61,922 bases of DNA from the NCBI GenBank assembly GCA_002688415.1, contig NZCX01000010.1, positions 1-61,922 of the forward strand, read 5' to 3'. Positions 20,099 to 29,893 of this stretch are shown here, piece after piece (the stretch's first letter is position 1; each line of letters opens with the position of its first letter). The notes below the pieces were generated by a model that was not told the origin of the DNA, ran no database searches, and was given only the letters and a program-made list of their open reading frames with translations. This DNA comes from Candidatus Pacearchaeota archaeon (GTDB lineage Archaea; Nanobdellota; Nanobdellia; Pacearchaeales; GW2011-AR1). Both the position numbers and the translations under genes were made by a program.

Positions 20099-20955
20099 TA
20101 AACCTCAAAAACATCTGCAAATAGTTGACTCACTGGACTGCGCTCGCTTTTTATTAATTCAAGTGAAGCAACGATAGGGCTGTGTTTTGCACCTGATGAA
20201 TTTACAAATTTATAAATTCCTGTTTTTTCTATTTCAATTTTTTCATCTCTTTGGCCTAGGTCGCCCATGATAACAAGCTTACTGCCTTCCGCAACCCTTG
20301 TCCCTAAGGTTACCATCTCATGGTAGTCCAGAGTTTGAACTTCATCAGCAATAATAAAAGCATCGTGCCAAGAAGCTCCTCTAATCAATTGTATAGGAAG
20401 AAATTCAATCCTGTATTGATGAACAAGATCAACAATTGCTTCTGGATTTCCTCCTAACATGAATTCTAAATTGCATAGGTAGTTTTGTAGGTAGGGTCTA
20501 AACTTTTCGTCTACGTCTCCAGGGAGAGCCCCTAGGCCATGTTTTCCTACCCAACTCATAGGTCGAGTTAGGATGATTCTTTTATACTGGCCAACTTCGA
20601 CTCTCTCTATTGCAGCAGCAAGAGTAAGCAATGTTTTTCCTGTGCCTGCCCTGCCCGTAAGAACAACTACCTTTACGGAGTCATCTACCAGGGCATCCAT
20701 AGCCATTCGTTGCTCTTTATTTCTAGGACGCAGGCTTCCGCAGGATATATCTGAATCAAGAAGACATAGATATCCTTTTTCTACCCGAGCTAAGGCAGAA
20801 GCACTTGCTCCAGAGGTGTCTTTACAAACTAAGTATATATTTTCGGGATAAGTTTCATTTCCTATAGATGATAAGGGAATGACTTTTTCTTCATACAGTT
20901 GGTCAATGATGGATTGTTTTGTCTCTATGACTTGAACACCAGTGTACATTGTCAT
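20098..20955 (-). CDS. phoH: PhoH-family ATPase
   Basis: PRNKEQ, GRAGTGKT, LGALPG, RGAS...IIADEVQ, GD.GQ.D. Confidence 0.9.
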   Translation of the reverse strand: MTMYTGVQVIETKQSIIDQLYEEKVIPLSSIGNETYPENIYLVCKDTSGASASALARVEKGYLCLLDSDISCGSLRPRNKEQRMAMDALVDDSVKVVVLTGRAGTGKTLLTLAAAIERVEVGQYKRIILTRPMSWVGKHGLGALPGDVDEKFRPYLQNYLCNLEFMLGGNPEAIVDLVHQYRIEFLPIQLIRGASWHDAFIIADEVQTLDYHEMVTLGTRVAEGSKLVIMGDLGQRDEKIEIEKTGIYKFVNSSGAKHSPIVASLELIKSERSPVSQLFADVFEV

Positions 20956-20958
20956 TAA

Positions 20959-21339
20959 TTAATCAATCCAACCCTGTTCTTTTAGTAAGTTAGAAATATC
21001 TGGAGGAGACCACCCTTCAGGTTTCAATAGTTTTCCATCCAATCTGTTGTTCCCAGGAGTTTTTGCCATGTTAGTTTTTTGGATCTCTTCCCAGATAGGT
21101 TCGAGGTCTACTCCTGTAGCTACGGCTGTTCCAAGAAGAACATAAATTGAATCTGCAATTGCATCGATAAAAGAAGGAAAATCCTTCTCTTCATATGCTT
21201 CTTTTAGTTCTAAGAATTCCTCTTCGACTAATACGATTCTTAATTTCATAGTATTTTCATCTGAAAACTCTGGAGTATTCCCAATTTTTTGTTCAAATTT
21301 TTTATGGAAATCCTCTACATTTTGTTGCCAATTATTCAT
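20959..21339 (-). CDS. MazG-like / PRA-PH-like NTP pyrophosphohydrolase
   Basis: EEFLEL, DAIADSIYV, NMAK, DGKLLKPEGW.PPD. Confidence 0.8.
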   Translation of the reverse strand: MNNWQQNVEDFHKKFEQKIGNTPEFSDENTMKLRIVLVEEEFLELKEAYEEKDFPSFIDAIADSIYVLLGTAVATGVDLEPIWEEIQKTNMAKTPGNNRLDGKLLKPEGWSPPDISNLLKEQGWID

Positions 21340-21348
21340 TGTTTATCC

Positions 21349-21576
21349 TCAGAGATCTAGTAGGTTTTTTTCAATTGCATCTTCAAGCCAAGCTTGAAAT
21401 CTTTTATTAGACCATCTCTTTAATCCTTGTTCTTTTTTGAACCATTCTTGAAATTCACTAGGAATATCTAAAATCATTTCAGAAGTACCATCTTCTAGTT
21501 CATTTACTTCAATAATTTTCAATGTAAACATCGGTGAATTTTTATTTTTTGTCATCAAAGCTGTCCTCAATGTCAT
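21349..21576 (-). CDS. Hypothetical protein
   Basis: ORF in operon. Confidence 0.5.
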   Translation of the reverse strand: MTLRTALMTKNKNSPMFTLKIIEVNELEDGTSEMILDIPSEFQEWFKKEQGLKRWSNKRFQAWLEDAIEKNLLDL

Positions 21577-21940
21577 TAATAATTGCCTCCCATCTTTTAA
21601 AAGAATTACTCATATCTTCATCGCTAAAGTAAGATAAATATATAGAAACTTCTCCTATTTTTCCAGGCAAATAAATTTCCAATAAGCTTGTTGCTTTTAG
21701 TTCTATTAGTTTTTGACTTAGACCATACGAGCTTAGCTTATGATTTATTTCTAAAGATTTTATTTCCCAAAAAGCTATTTGATTTTCTATTATCTTTAAA
21801 TAGTCTAAGTAGCCTTGAAATTCAAGCATTAATAATGGGCGCATAGAACCTGTATAGCTCAGTAAACCATTACAAATTTCTGTCCATTTAGATTTTATTC
21901 TTTGAACAATATTACGTTCTTCTTGGGTTAAGTGTCTCAT
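21542..21940 (-). CDS. Hypothetical protein
   Basis: ORF in operon. Confidence 0.5.
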   Translation of the reverse strand: MRHLTQEERNIVQRIKSKWTEICNGLLSYTGSMRPLLMLEFQGYLDYLKIIENQIAFWEIKSLEINHKLSSYGLSQKLIELKATSLLEIYLPGKIGEVSIYLSYFSDEDMSNSFKRWEAIINDIEDSFDDKK

Positions 21941-23072
21941 TAGCTGAATGAGGCCATTCTACAAAGCTAAATCCCCAGACAGGCTCATCGGGAGTTACAA
22001 AGAAATAACCTTGCCTAGCAGTGTCCTCCTTGCCCATTTGTTCTGCGAGAACATCTGGACCACACATGCATCCATTCCCCATTACAAAACGTCCAAGCCA
22101 ATTTCCTACATGCCACTCATGCCAATGACCATGAACCATAAAATCAAACTGCTTTCCAGTTATCCAGCCAGCAACCTTCTCTCTCATATTTGAGGTTCCT
22201 GTATGTTTTACACCATGATGATTAGCCATTCCAACCTTATCTTTAACTATGAAAGTTCGAAAGGTATCAAAGTTGCAATTCATAATAATTTTATCATCAT
22301 TATGTTTTTTGGCTATCATGCTGACAATCATATAGACAACATTATCCCAGTTGGTTTTCTCATTGGCAGTCTTACTTACTCTTCCATGGTTTCCTGGAAC
22401 CGTTTCAATTCTAATCATAACGTCAGGGAATAAACTTCGAAACTTAAGAATCATTTCCCATACAGATTCAGAACAAACTTGAGTTTGTTCAATGGCTGAG
22501 CATTCAATGTGATTGTTTTGTGTGGGATAAATATCCTCACCCTCAACAAGATCACCTGCTAAGATGACAACAACCTCATCTAGTTCTGTTAAGTCTGCAG
22601 TTTTATTCAATAAAACATCTGGAATACTAAGCAATCGCTTCTTTGCTTCTTCCATATTAAACCATTTGGTGTGTTTACCAAAATGTAAATCAGATAAAAC
22701 CAAACATAGAGAAGTTCCCTTTGTTTCTGGGGCGATACGATGTGTTAAGGTTGTGTACTCTGTTTGAGCTAAGTCAACCAAACCTTCAAGCCACAGTTTT
22801 GCTTTTTGTCTGTTTTCTTTTTTCTTTTGAGCCAGGTCTGTTTGTATTAACAGTGTTCCCGGATTTAAAAGAGTTTCAATGTTCTCTTCAAAATCATCCT
22901 CATCAGGTTCATTAGAGTAGGCATCTCTTAGTTTTTTAATTTTCTTTTGAACAGCATCGTATGTCCTTTGGGAAGATCCAAAATGACTAGAAAATTCTAA
23001 GAAAGCTTCTTTTGTGCTGAGTTCTAGTGATTGAGATAGGATTTCTATCTCTTCGTTTGTCCAGTATTTCAT
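21912..23072 (-). CDS. Calcineurin-like metallophosphoesterase with N-terminal HTH
   Basis: SDLHFG, GDLVEG, GNHG, HHG, GHWH. Confidence 0.85.
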   Translation of the reverse strand: MKYWTNEEIEILSQSLELSTKEAFLEFSSHFGSSQRTYDAVQKKIKKLRDAYSNEPDEDDFEENIETLLNPGTLLIQTDLAQKKKENRQKAKLWLEGLVDLAQTEYTTLTHRIAPETKGTSLCLVLSDLHFGKHTKWFNMEEAKKRLLSIPDVLLNKTADLTELDEVVVILAGDLVEGEDIYPTQNNHIECSAIEQTQVCSESVWEMILKFRSLFPDVMIRIETVPGNHGRVSKTANEKTNWDNVVYMIVSMIAKKHNDDKIIMNCNFDTFRTFIVKDKVGMANHHGVKHTGTSNMREKVAGWITGKQFDFMVHGHWHEWHVGNWLGRFVMGNGCMCGPDVLAEQMGKEDTARQGYFFVTPDEPVWGFSFVEWPHSANETLNPRRT

Positions 23073-23257
23073 CCAGTGTCCTTTGTGTTTTCTTTTTCAC
23101 TAGAATAATCTGGAATCCCTTTTTGAATAACATACCCTGCTCCTGCAAGAAGAAATAGAGGCCACGCATGTACGATCACATATAACACACCAACTCCAAT
23201 AGCGAATCCGATTCCTAGTGAGATTAAGTTAAAGTTAAAATTATTTTCATTGCTCAT
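23069..23257 (-). CDS. Small membrane protein
   Basis: Hydrophobic core. Confidence 0.5.
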   Translation of the reverse strand: MSNENNFNFNLISLGIGFAIGVGVLYVIVHAWPLFLLAGAGYVIQKGIPDYSSEKENTKDTG

Positions 23258-26200
23258 TCTTAATATAGTCCAATTTGGTTATAAAGTTCTCTATATTATC
23301 AATTCCAAAAGAATATAAAGGATTAAATTTCGTTTGATCTTTCGTAATGAAACTGAGACATACTTCATTTGTTGAGCCTTCGTATTCCTTTACTAAACTA
23401 ATAACCTGTTCTACATAATCAATGGGACATTCAATAATTTTTTTACTTACATTACTTATTGATTCTAACTCTAAAGGTTGAATTTTTTCAATGATAAATT
23501 TGGTTATTTTTTCATTTTCTGTACTGGTAACCTCGGTAGATCCAATAAGTACAAGGGGAACACCTTCTTGTAGAAATTCTTTACATTTTGTATAGTTTCT
23601 AGGAAAACAAACAGCCTCAATGGTTCCTGTTAAATCTTCTAAAACAAAAAATGCCATTGATTTTTTAGATTTTGTTGTGATTTCTTTAATGTTTGTAATC
23701 ACCGCACCAAGATTAACTTTGATTTTATTTTCAAATTCTTTTAAAGTTTCTATACTGAAAAAGTTCTTAGCATAATTTTTTGGATCAAAATTTCCAAGTG
23801 GATGATTTGTAATGTAAAATCCTAGCAGCTCATACTCCGCTTGATACAATTCTTTTTCATTTAATTCTAAAAGAGAATCGATATCCGGGAAGCCTAGTAT
23901 TTCAGGAGCAACTGGAAGTTTGAAAGGCTTTAATGCTTTTCCAGTATCTGATTTGATATTGTTTTTAATATCTTCAAGTCTCTGGTGGTATGCTTCTACC
24001 TTTCTTGTGTAAGTTAATAGTTTTCTTTCATATGCCTTGGAGTTCTTCCTGAATTCCCAAACATCATCTATTGCTTTCAGTAAGCTGGCACGATTTTCTT
24101 GCAAGGAATCAAAGCATCCAGCCCTTACCAAGGATTCAATTTTTAATCTATTGATGACTCCAAGATCAACACGTTGACAAAAGTCAGAGAAATTAGAAAA
24201 AGATTTAGATTTTCTTTCATCCATAATGACTGCAACAGGAGTTTCTCCTAAGTTTTTAATTGGGCTTAGCCCAAAACGAATGTTTTCTTGACTATCTACA
24301 TAGAAAGAACTCTTGCTTTCATTTATATCTGGAGGTAGAACATTGATTCCCATTCGACGGCATTCTGCTAAGCACTTGATCATCTCGTCTCTGTTTCCAG
24401 ACTCAGAGATCATTACAGCACACATAAATTCTCTTGGATAGTGTGTCTTTAACCATGCAGTTTGGTATGTAATGTAAGCATAGGCTGCAGCATGAGAGTT
24501 AGAGGTAACGATACCATTATCAACTGTAAATGTATGATTAGGGGCATCCATCTCAATATCGTAAACTTCTTTTTCTCCTACAGATTCTATTGAAACAATT
24601 TTTTCAAGTCTTGTAGAGAGGCCCGCTTCTCCCATTTTTGTTCTACCCATTTGATAATGAGCTTTTTTATGACATCCAGAGCAGAGGGTTTGAAGATTAT
24701 CTAATTTGTTATTTCCATGGTCTCCATCAACATGGTGAACCTCTAGATTCATTTGAGAACTGCAAAGCTCGCAACTAGTTTTCTTTAAATTATTTTGATA
24801 ATATTTTAATTGAGTATAAGGGGTATCTCTTTTTTGAAATCCTTGTTGACCTTTTTCAGGAAGATTGTCTCCAGGAAGATTGAACCTATACATAGTGTCT
24901 TTTGATTTGGAGCCATCGTTTACATATAAGAGATCTTCTTCTATAGATATATCTTCTAGCTTCTTCTCCCCATTAGAAGTTGGAAACTTATGATTTAAAG
25001 TTGTATTTATAGTTAAACCAGATTCTGTTGTGACCTGATAGGTTTCTTTTAAACCTTGGTATCTGATATCAACTATTTTATTTTTAACTAATTTGTTATC
25101 TTTATTTAAAGACCAGGCGTATCCATAACCTTTAGAAATTAATTTATTTCTCATTGGAATTGCATCTATTGAGCGAGCAAAACCACGATCATTTTTTATC
25201 TTATAAAGTTCTGAAATTGTATAGTGCCTACCCTTACTTATTGTAGGTCTATAAAGCTTAGTGTCTCCATCTAAACACTTGTTGAATGCATAGTCACTGA
25301 AAGCAACAATGTCTTCCCAGATTTTATCTGCTTTTTCTAATTCATATCCGTTGGCTTGCCAGCCTTTTTTAAATGCTTCTTCTTGTTGTTTAAGGGTCTC
25401 GGTTTCTTTCTTTCCGATAGCTCTCCGGAGAAGATCAGCATCGGCCATACTAAAACCAGCAAGTTGCTTAACAATTTCAAGGACCTGCTCCTGATATATA
25501 ATCCATCCTGCTGTGGGCTGTAAGATGGGTTCCAATTCTGGAATTAAATATCTTGGTTCACTATTGCCTGCTCGAATATCAAGATAGGTACTCTTATAGT
25601 CAGATCCTAAAGGACCTGGACGATAGATAGCAACCAAAGCAATTAAGTCTTCAAGGCAGCTAGGTCTAATTTGTACCAAAAGGTCCCTCATGCCAGAGCT
25701 TGCCTCCAGTTGAAAGACTCCCGTAGCATTACCTTGCCTTAGGTTTTTGTAAGTTTTAGGATCTTCGAGATCAATAGAATCAATAGTAAAATCTGAAATG
25801 TTGTCATGTCGCTCCTTGATTAGGTCAACACATCTGTGGATCTTACTTAAGGCATCCAGTCCAAGGAAATCAAACTTAATCAAACCATATTGTTCGATGT
25901 TTTTCATTTCCCATTGGGTAGTAATCTCTCCGCTTCTACCTAAGAATAAAGGCACAGTGCTATGTAAGGAATCATTTGAGATAACAATTCCAGATGCATG
26001 TACCCCGGCACTGGAGATAATATCTTCAAGCTTGCAAGCCCAGCGTAATGTTTCACCTTCAGGTCCATTAGATGTACTGTACTTTTTTAATTGTTTTACC
26101 TTTTCAATGGAGGTTTCTAATTTTTGTGGCTTCCCATGTATGGGTTCCAACAACAGGCGAGAAAGCTCATCACCTACAGAATAGGGATGGCCAAGAGTTC

Positions 26201-26660
26201 TAGCAACGTTTCTTACTGCAGCCTTCGCTCTCTGTAAATTGAATGTTCCTATGTGAGCAACATGATCATCACCATACTTATCAGTTACATAATCTATAAC
26301 CTTATCTCGATATCGTTTTTCAAAATCAACATCGATATCAGGCATAGATAGTCTGGCGGGATTTAAAAAACGTTCGAAAATTAACCCGAGTTTTATAGGA
26401 TCTAAATTAGTGATACCTAGACAGTAGCAGGCTAAACTACCTGCTCCTGATCCTCGACCAGGACCAACATAAATATCATTTTGTTTTGCCCAGTTAATGA
26501 AGTCTTGGACAATTAGAAAGTAACCAGCGTAACCCATCTTGTGGATTACTGAAATCTCATAGTTTAATCTATCAATATATATTTGATCGTTTTCTAGATT
26601 TCTATTCTTTAATCCTTTAAAGCATTTAAAAGTAAAGTAACTATCAAGAGTTGCCCCCAT
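23247..26660 (-). CDS. dnaE: DNA polymerase III alpha, catalytic part lacking the PHP domain; intein-containing
   Basis: GPGRGSGAGSL, FERFLNP.R.SMPDIDVDF, HASG, KFDFLGL, GVFQLE, YQEQ, FNK|SHAAAY; SD AGGAG. Confidence 0.95.
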   Translation of the reverse strand: MGATLDSYFTFKCFKGLKNRNLENDQIYIDRLNYEISVIHKMGYAGYFLIVQDFINWAKQNDIYVGPGRGSGAGSLACYCLGITNLDPIKLGLIFERFLNPARLSMPDIDVDFEKRYRDKVIDYVTDKYGDDHVAHIGTFNLQRAKAAVRNVARTLGHPYSVGDELSRLLLEPIHGKPQKLETSIEKVKQLKKYSTSNGPEGETLRWACKLEDIISSAGVHASGIVISNDSLHSTVPLFLGRSGEITTQWEMKNIEQYGLIKFDFLGLDALSKIHRCVDLIKERHDNISDFTIDSIDLEDPKTYKNLRQGNATGVFQLEASSGMRDLLVQIRPSCLEDLIALVAIYRPGPLGSDYKSTYLDIRAGNSEPRYLIPELEPILQPTAGWIIYQEQVLEIVKQLAGFSMADADLLRRAIGKKETETLKQQEEAFKKGWQANGYELEKADKIWEDIVAFSDYAFNKCLDGDTKLYRPTISKGRHYTISELYKIKNDRGFARSIDAIPMRNKLISKGYGYAWSLNKDNKLVKNKIVDIRYQGLKETYQVTTESGLTINTTLNHKFPTSNGEKKLEDISIEEDLLYVNDGSKSKDTMYRFNLPGDNLPEKGQQGFQKRDTPYTQLKYYQNNLKKTSCELCSSQMNLEVHHVDGDHGNNKLDNLQTLCSGCHKKAHYQMGRTKMGEAGLSTRLEKIVSIESVGEKEVYDIEMDAPNHTFTVDNGIVTSNSHAAAYAYITYQTAWLKTHYPREFMCAVMISESGNRDEMIKCLAECRRMGINVLPPDINESKSSFYVDSQENIRFGLSPIKNLGETPVAVIMDERKSKSFSNFSDFCQRVDLGVINRLKIESLVRAGCFDSLQENRASLLKAIDDVWEFRKNSKAYERKLLTYTRKVEAYHQRLEDIKNNIKSDTGKALKPFKLPVAPEILGFPDIDSLLELNEKELYQAEYELLGFYITNHPLGNFDPKNYAKNFFSIETLKEFENKIKVNLGAVITNIKEITTKSKKSMAFFVLEDLTGTIEAVCFPRNYTKCKEFLQEGVPLVLIGSTEVTSTENEKITKFIIEKIQPLELESISNVSKKIIECPIDYVEQVISLVKEYEGSTNEVCLSFITKDQTKFNPLYSFGIDNIENFITKLDYIKNEQ
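24498..25277 (-). mobile_element. Intein (260 aa) with embedded HNH homing endonuclease
   Basis: Interrupts the conserved FNK-SHA motif; starts CLDGDT, block B TLNHKF, block F VYDIEM..PNHTF, ends VTSN before Ser; HNH CELC..LEVHHVDG..NN..NL.TLC..CH. Confidence 0.9.
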
Positions 26661-27123
26661 TTTCTCTCCTATGAAACTGTTCTATAAACCAAGCTCGCAT
26701 CCATTTTTTAGGCCAGGGATACAAGTAATATTTATTTAATAAATTTACAACCTTATCGATGTCTTCTTCTGTTTGAATATTGGCATGCAGATAAGCTTCT
26801 CTTTCAAATTTCCACCGAAAATAAGAGAACAAGAATGGCAAGGGACATAACAAGTATAAAAATAGATATAACGAAACTCCATATTTTTTAAATTGTTTTA
26901 CATGGATAAGTTCATGTTTAATTATTGCATAATTTTTAATAGCTAAGGGGGATCTCTCTGTGTTTGGATAGTAAATTTTATTTCCGATAGTAGTCCAGAG
27001 ATTAGTCATAAATGCTGGGTAAAATAGACTAATAAATCTCATCAGGAGGGAGTTTTGTTTATTTATAAACTCAACATCCTCACTAATAAAACCTGCAAAT
27101 CCTTTTTTAACTCGCAATCCCAT
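26644..27123 (-). CDS. HExxH zinc-metallopeptidase-like protein (DUF4157-like) between the two dnaE halves
   Basis: TTIGNKIYYP, KHELIHVKQ, FEREAY; start set at ATG 27123 by SD spacing. Confidence 0.6.
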   Translation of the reverse strand: MGLRVKKGFAGFISEDVEFINKQNSLLMRFISLFYPAFMTNLWTTIGNKIYYPNTERSPLAIKNYAIIKHELIHVKQFKKYGVSLYLFLYLLCPLPFLFSYFRWKFEREAYLHANIQTEEDIDKVVNLLNKYYLYPWPKKWMRAWFIEQFHRRENGGNS

Positions 27124-28147
27124 CCTTTGCATATCCTTTTTTCCAATTATTAAATTCTTCGCAGTCTGGTTCTTTTGTGATGTCAAAGTAAGGCATCTGA
27201 TATTCACCGAGTGTGATATTTAAATCACACATCTTTGGAACCTCCAGGGTGTTATAGAATGCTTCTTCTGATCCTATTTTTCTGGCAGCTTCCAACATTT
27301 CTTCAGGAGATCTGACGTAAACACCATCACCATATACATCAGTTTTATTACACCCATCCTCATCTCCCTCGTATTCATCAAGGGTCTTCTTAAATTGTTG
27401 AGCCATGATGAGGTTGTGTGCTCTCTTGTCTTCTCGTGTTAAGAAGTGAGCATCGGCAGTAATAACTAATGGAATGTTTTCTGTCTTTGAGGTTTTAATC
27501 GCCCAATCATTGAACTTTTTTTGAGCTGGCATGATATTGTCTTGAATCTCTAAGTACAATCTACCATTAAACATTTCGTGAAGTTTTCTAAGTCTTTTAA
27601 CTGCTAGGCTCTGATAATCATATGGTTTAAGTTTTTCTGTAACATAGGTTTGCATGGCTAAATCATATTCTTCTTGGTTTTTCCCTTTTCTTGTTGGCTT
27701 AAGAGGGAAGCCCTTCTTAGCAATAACACCACCAAGGCATGCAGTTGTGGCCACTATTCCTTCTGCTCTTGTCTCAAAATGTTTCTGCCAAATACGTGGC
27801 TTATAGTAAAAGTTATGTAAGTTAGCCTGGTTTGTCATCCATACAAGATTCTCAAATCCTTTTGCATTCATAGCAATAAGAATCATGTGGTGGTTGTCTT
27901 TAGTTTTGACTTCAGAGTCGTCAGGATCCTCTGTGATGTATGCTTCGACTCCAACTAATGGATTGATATTATACTTCTTCGCATGCTTGTAGAATTCAAT
28001 AGAGCCATGCATAACACCATGATCAGTCAGTGCACAAGAACTCATTCCTAACTCAACAATTCTTTGGCATAGCTTATCAATTTTATTTAAACCATCCAGG
28101 ATACTATACTCTGAATGAACGTGGAGATGACAAAAATCTTCGGACAT
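27107..28147 (-). CDS. dnaE: Stand-alone PHP domain of DNA polymerase III alpha (N-terminal half)
   Basis: HLHVHSEYSILDG, ALTDHG, GVEAY, YYKPRI, TTAC, LEIQ, TADAHF. Confidence 0.9.
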   Translation of the reverse strand: MSEDFCHLHVHSEYSILDGLNKIDKLCQRIVELGMSSCALTDHGVMHGSIEFYKHAKKYNINPLVGVEAYITEDPDDSEVKTKDNHHMILIAMNAKGFENLVWMTNQANLHNFYYKPRIWQKHFETRAEGIVATTACLGGVIAKKGFPLKPTRKGKNQEEYDLAMQTYVTEKLKPYDYQSLAVKRLRKLHEMFNGRLYLEIQDNIMPAQKKFNDWAIKTSKTENIPLVITADAHFLTREDKRAHNLIMAQQFKKTLDEYEGDEDGCNKTDVYGDGVYVRSPEEMLEAARKIGSEEAFYNTLEVPKMCDLNITLGEYQMPYFDITKEPDCEEFNNWKKGYAKDGIAS

Positions 28148-28374
28148 TATTTCCCTTTATTTTTCATTGTATTATGTACTTGAATGGTGACTTCGCATGC
28201 CATTTCAAATAATTCAGAATAAGATCCTACCACTTGTCCCAATGGGATGTAGGTAGTTTCTCCTGTAAACTGAGCTAAAATTAAACTTCCATCATCTTTT
28301 TTAATAACATTAATGTTATATTTAGATAACAGAATAGCCATAGCTAGTGGGCTATAAAGAATGTCGTTCCCCAT
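28147..28374 (-). CDS. Hypothetical protein
   Basis: Coupled ORF. Confidence 0.5.
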   Translation of the reverse strand: MGNDILYSPLAMAILLSKYNINVIKKDDGSLILAQFTGETTYIPLGQVVGSYSELFEMACEVTIQVHNTMKNKGK

Positions 28375-28401
28375 AGCTTCAGTTTATCATGGTTTAATTA
28401 A

Positions 28402-28752
28402 TTAACTATCTTCGAGTAAGTTACAGTATCTTTTTTTCCAGACTTCCCTGCTTTTCTTTGGTTCGTCTGTCAGTAGCTTTAAAGTTTTTCCTAAATTCAT
28501 TTCTTGTGAAAGATGGAGAAAGGTGCTTTCAGTTAACTCTATCTTATCTCCCCAGTTATATTCTTCATCAAGATATTTTATCCATTTTTTAACATGTGCT
28601 GTTGTTGTTCTGGAATACTTTTTCTCTGTGACATATATAGTTCCAATTTCTTCATCGTATGCAGCTACTGGAGTGTCATATGAATAAAATAAATGAAAAT
28701 CCTTAGAGATTATTTCCGTTTCGTTCAAGCCATGTTTTTTAATCATGTCCAT
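28402..28752 (-). CDS. Hypothetical protein
   Basis: YSYDTPVAA...KYSRTT.AH motif common in small phage proteins. Confidence 0.55.
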   Translation of the reverse strand: MDMIKKHGLNETEIISKDFHLFYSYDTPVAAYDEEIGTIYVTEKKYSRTTTAHVKKWIKYLDEEYNWGDKIELTESTFLHLSQEMNLGKTLKLLTDEPKKSREVWKKRYCNLLEDS

Positions 28753-28999
28753 CCTCTTTTTCTATCAGAACAGGGAGGCATTGTCCAAAACATCTGTACT
28801 TAGCCACGTCAACACACCAAGTAACACACTTGACAGTATTGTCATGTGCAAAAAACTCGTAAATTTTTTTATCATCTTCAATGTCTGTAACTAGATTGTG
28901 TTTCTGGATTGGATTGTATACCCTGTAGACAATGCTACACCCGAGTAAAAAAGCCGTACTAATTACAAATATAATTAATAATTTCTCTGGATAGGACAT
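28739..28999 (-). CDS. Putative lipoprotein
   Basis: Signal ending LLGC. Confidence 0.45.
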   Translation of the reverse strand: MSYPEKLLIIFVISTAFLLGCSIVYRVYNPIQKHNLVTDIEDDKKIYEFFAHDNTVKCVTWCVDVAKYRCFGQCLPVLIEKEDGHD

Positions 29000-29148
29000 T
29001 ATTTTTTCTCTTCAAGTTGTATGAGCATGTCTTCTGTGACTACCTCTTCTTTGTCCCTATCAATAAGATTAGCAAGCCTATGTTGTGCTTCTGCTAATAC
29101 TTCATCGTTAATGTCTCCGTAGTGACCCATGTCTTCACTAACTTCCAT
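28999..29148 (-). CDS. Small acidic hypothetical protein (49 aa)
   Basis: My translation MEVSEDMGHYGDINDEVLAEAQHRL...; fills the gap. Confidence 0.4.
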   Translation of the reverse strand: MEVSEDMGHYGDINDEVLAEAQHRLANLIDRDKEEVVTEDMLIQLEEKK

Positions 29149-29159
29149 GATAAAATCTT

Positions 29160-29369
29160 TCATTCTTCCCATATTTCTTCTCCGTAATGGTATCTATAAG
29201 CGTCTGGATAGACGGTATTTATTTTAGGATATAGGCCACCACTAACTGCAATTGCTCCGCAAGTGCATAGCTCGTAATGATCTTCGCTTTTTCCCTGAGG
29301 GGTCGCTTTGCATTCTTTACATTGAAAAGTAAAGCTTGTATTCGTTTTAATTCTTTGAGTCGCTGGCAT
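29160..29369 (-). CDS. Small Cys-rich protein, paralogue of the upstream ORF
   Basis: CKEC...LCTCGAIAVSGG; start set at ATG 29369 after SD GGAGG. Confidence 0.55.
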   Translation of the reverse strand: MPATQRIKTNTSFTFQCKECKATPQGKSEDHYELCTCGAIAVSGGLYPKINTVYPDAYRYHYGEEIWEE

Positions 29370-29556
29370 TAGAATCCTCCACGTATTCATAGAGAGCGTC
29401 GTCGTGGTAGGATATCTTTGTATAGTCTCCTCCACCGTCAATCGCTATCGATTTGCATTTACACCATTTAAAGTCATGTCTAAACATGCTTTGAATAGTG
29501 TCTTCACATTTCATACATCTGATTTTAGGTCCAGGATTATGGTTATAACCGTACAA
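29347..29556 (-). CDS. Small Cys-rich phage protein
   Basis: CMKC..I.S.FRHDFKWCKC.SIAIDGG.DY. Confidence 0.6.
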   Translation of the reverse strand: MYGYNHNPGPKIRCMKCEDTIQSMFRHDFKWCKCKSIAIDGGGDYTKISYHDDALYEYVEDSNASDSKN

Positions 29557-29559
29557 AAT

Positions 29560-29871
29560 TCACTCCATGTCATCAATGATGGCTTCAAACCTAGTTTTTG
29601 GAACTGGATTGAATTCAAACATTTGTTTTGTTGCCTTGTCAATAGGGATGGTTACTTTTGCATACAATCTATACAAAATAGTATTTTGATCAAGGATTTC
29701 TTTTATAAGACTGCTGAATTTATGTGCGGAGGGGTAAGCAAGAAGAATTCTTCTTCTAAGAATTAATTCTATATCTTCTAGTGAAATTTCTTCTTCTAAA
29801 TCAAAGTGTTCTTCTGCTAAGATTTGAATATCTATAGTATTAGAACGAAGTTGCTTGACACTAGAAGTCAT
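29560..29871 (-). CDS. Hypothetical protein
   Basis: ORF; C-terminal RFEAI motif. Confidence 0.5.
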   Translation of the reverse strand: MTSSVKQLRSNTIDIQILAEEHFDLEEEISLEDIELILRRRILLAYPSAHKFSSLIKEILDQNTILYRLYAKVTIPIDKATKQMFEFNPVPKTRFEAIIDDME

Positions 29872-29893
29872 GCAAAAAGTATAGCTTCAAAAA

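Noticed and set aside
26644-27123. Group I intron or split intein joining the dnaE halves
   Set aside because: The gap is fully occupied by an ORF overlapping both halves; there are no intron core helices and no intein N-/C-terminal motifs at the break.
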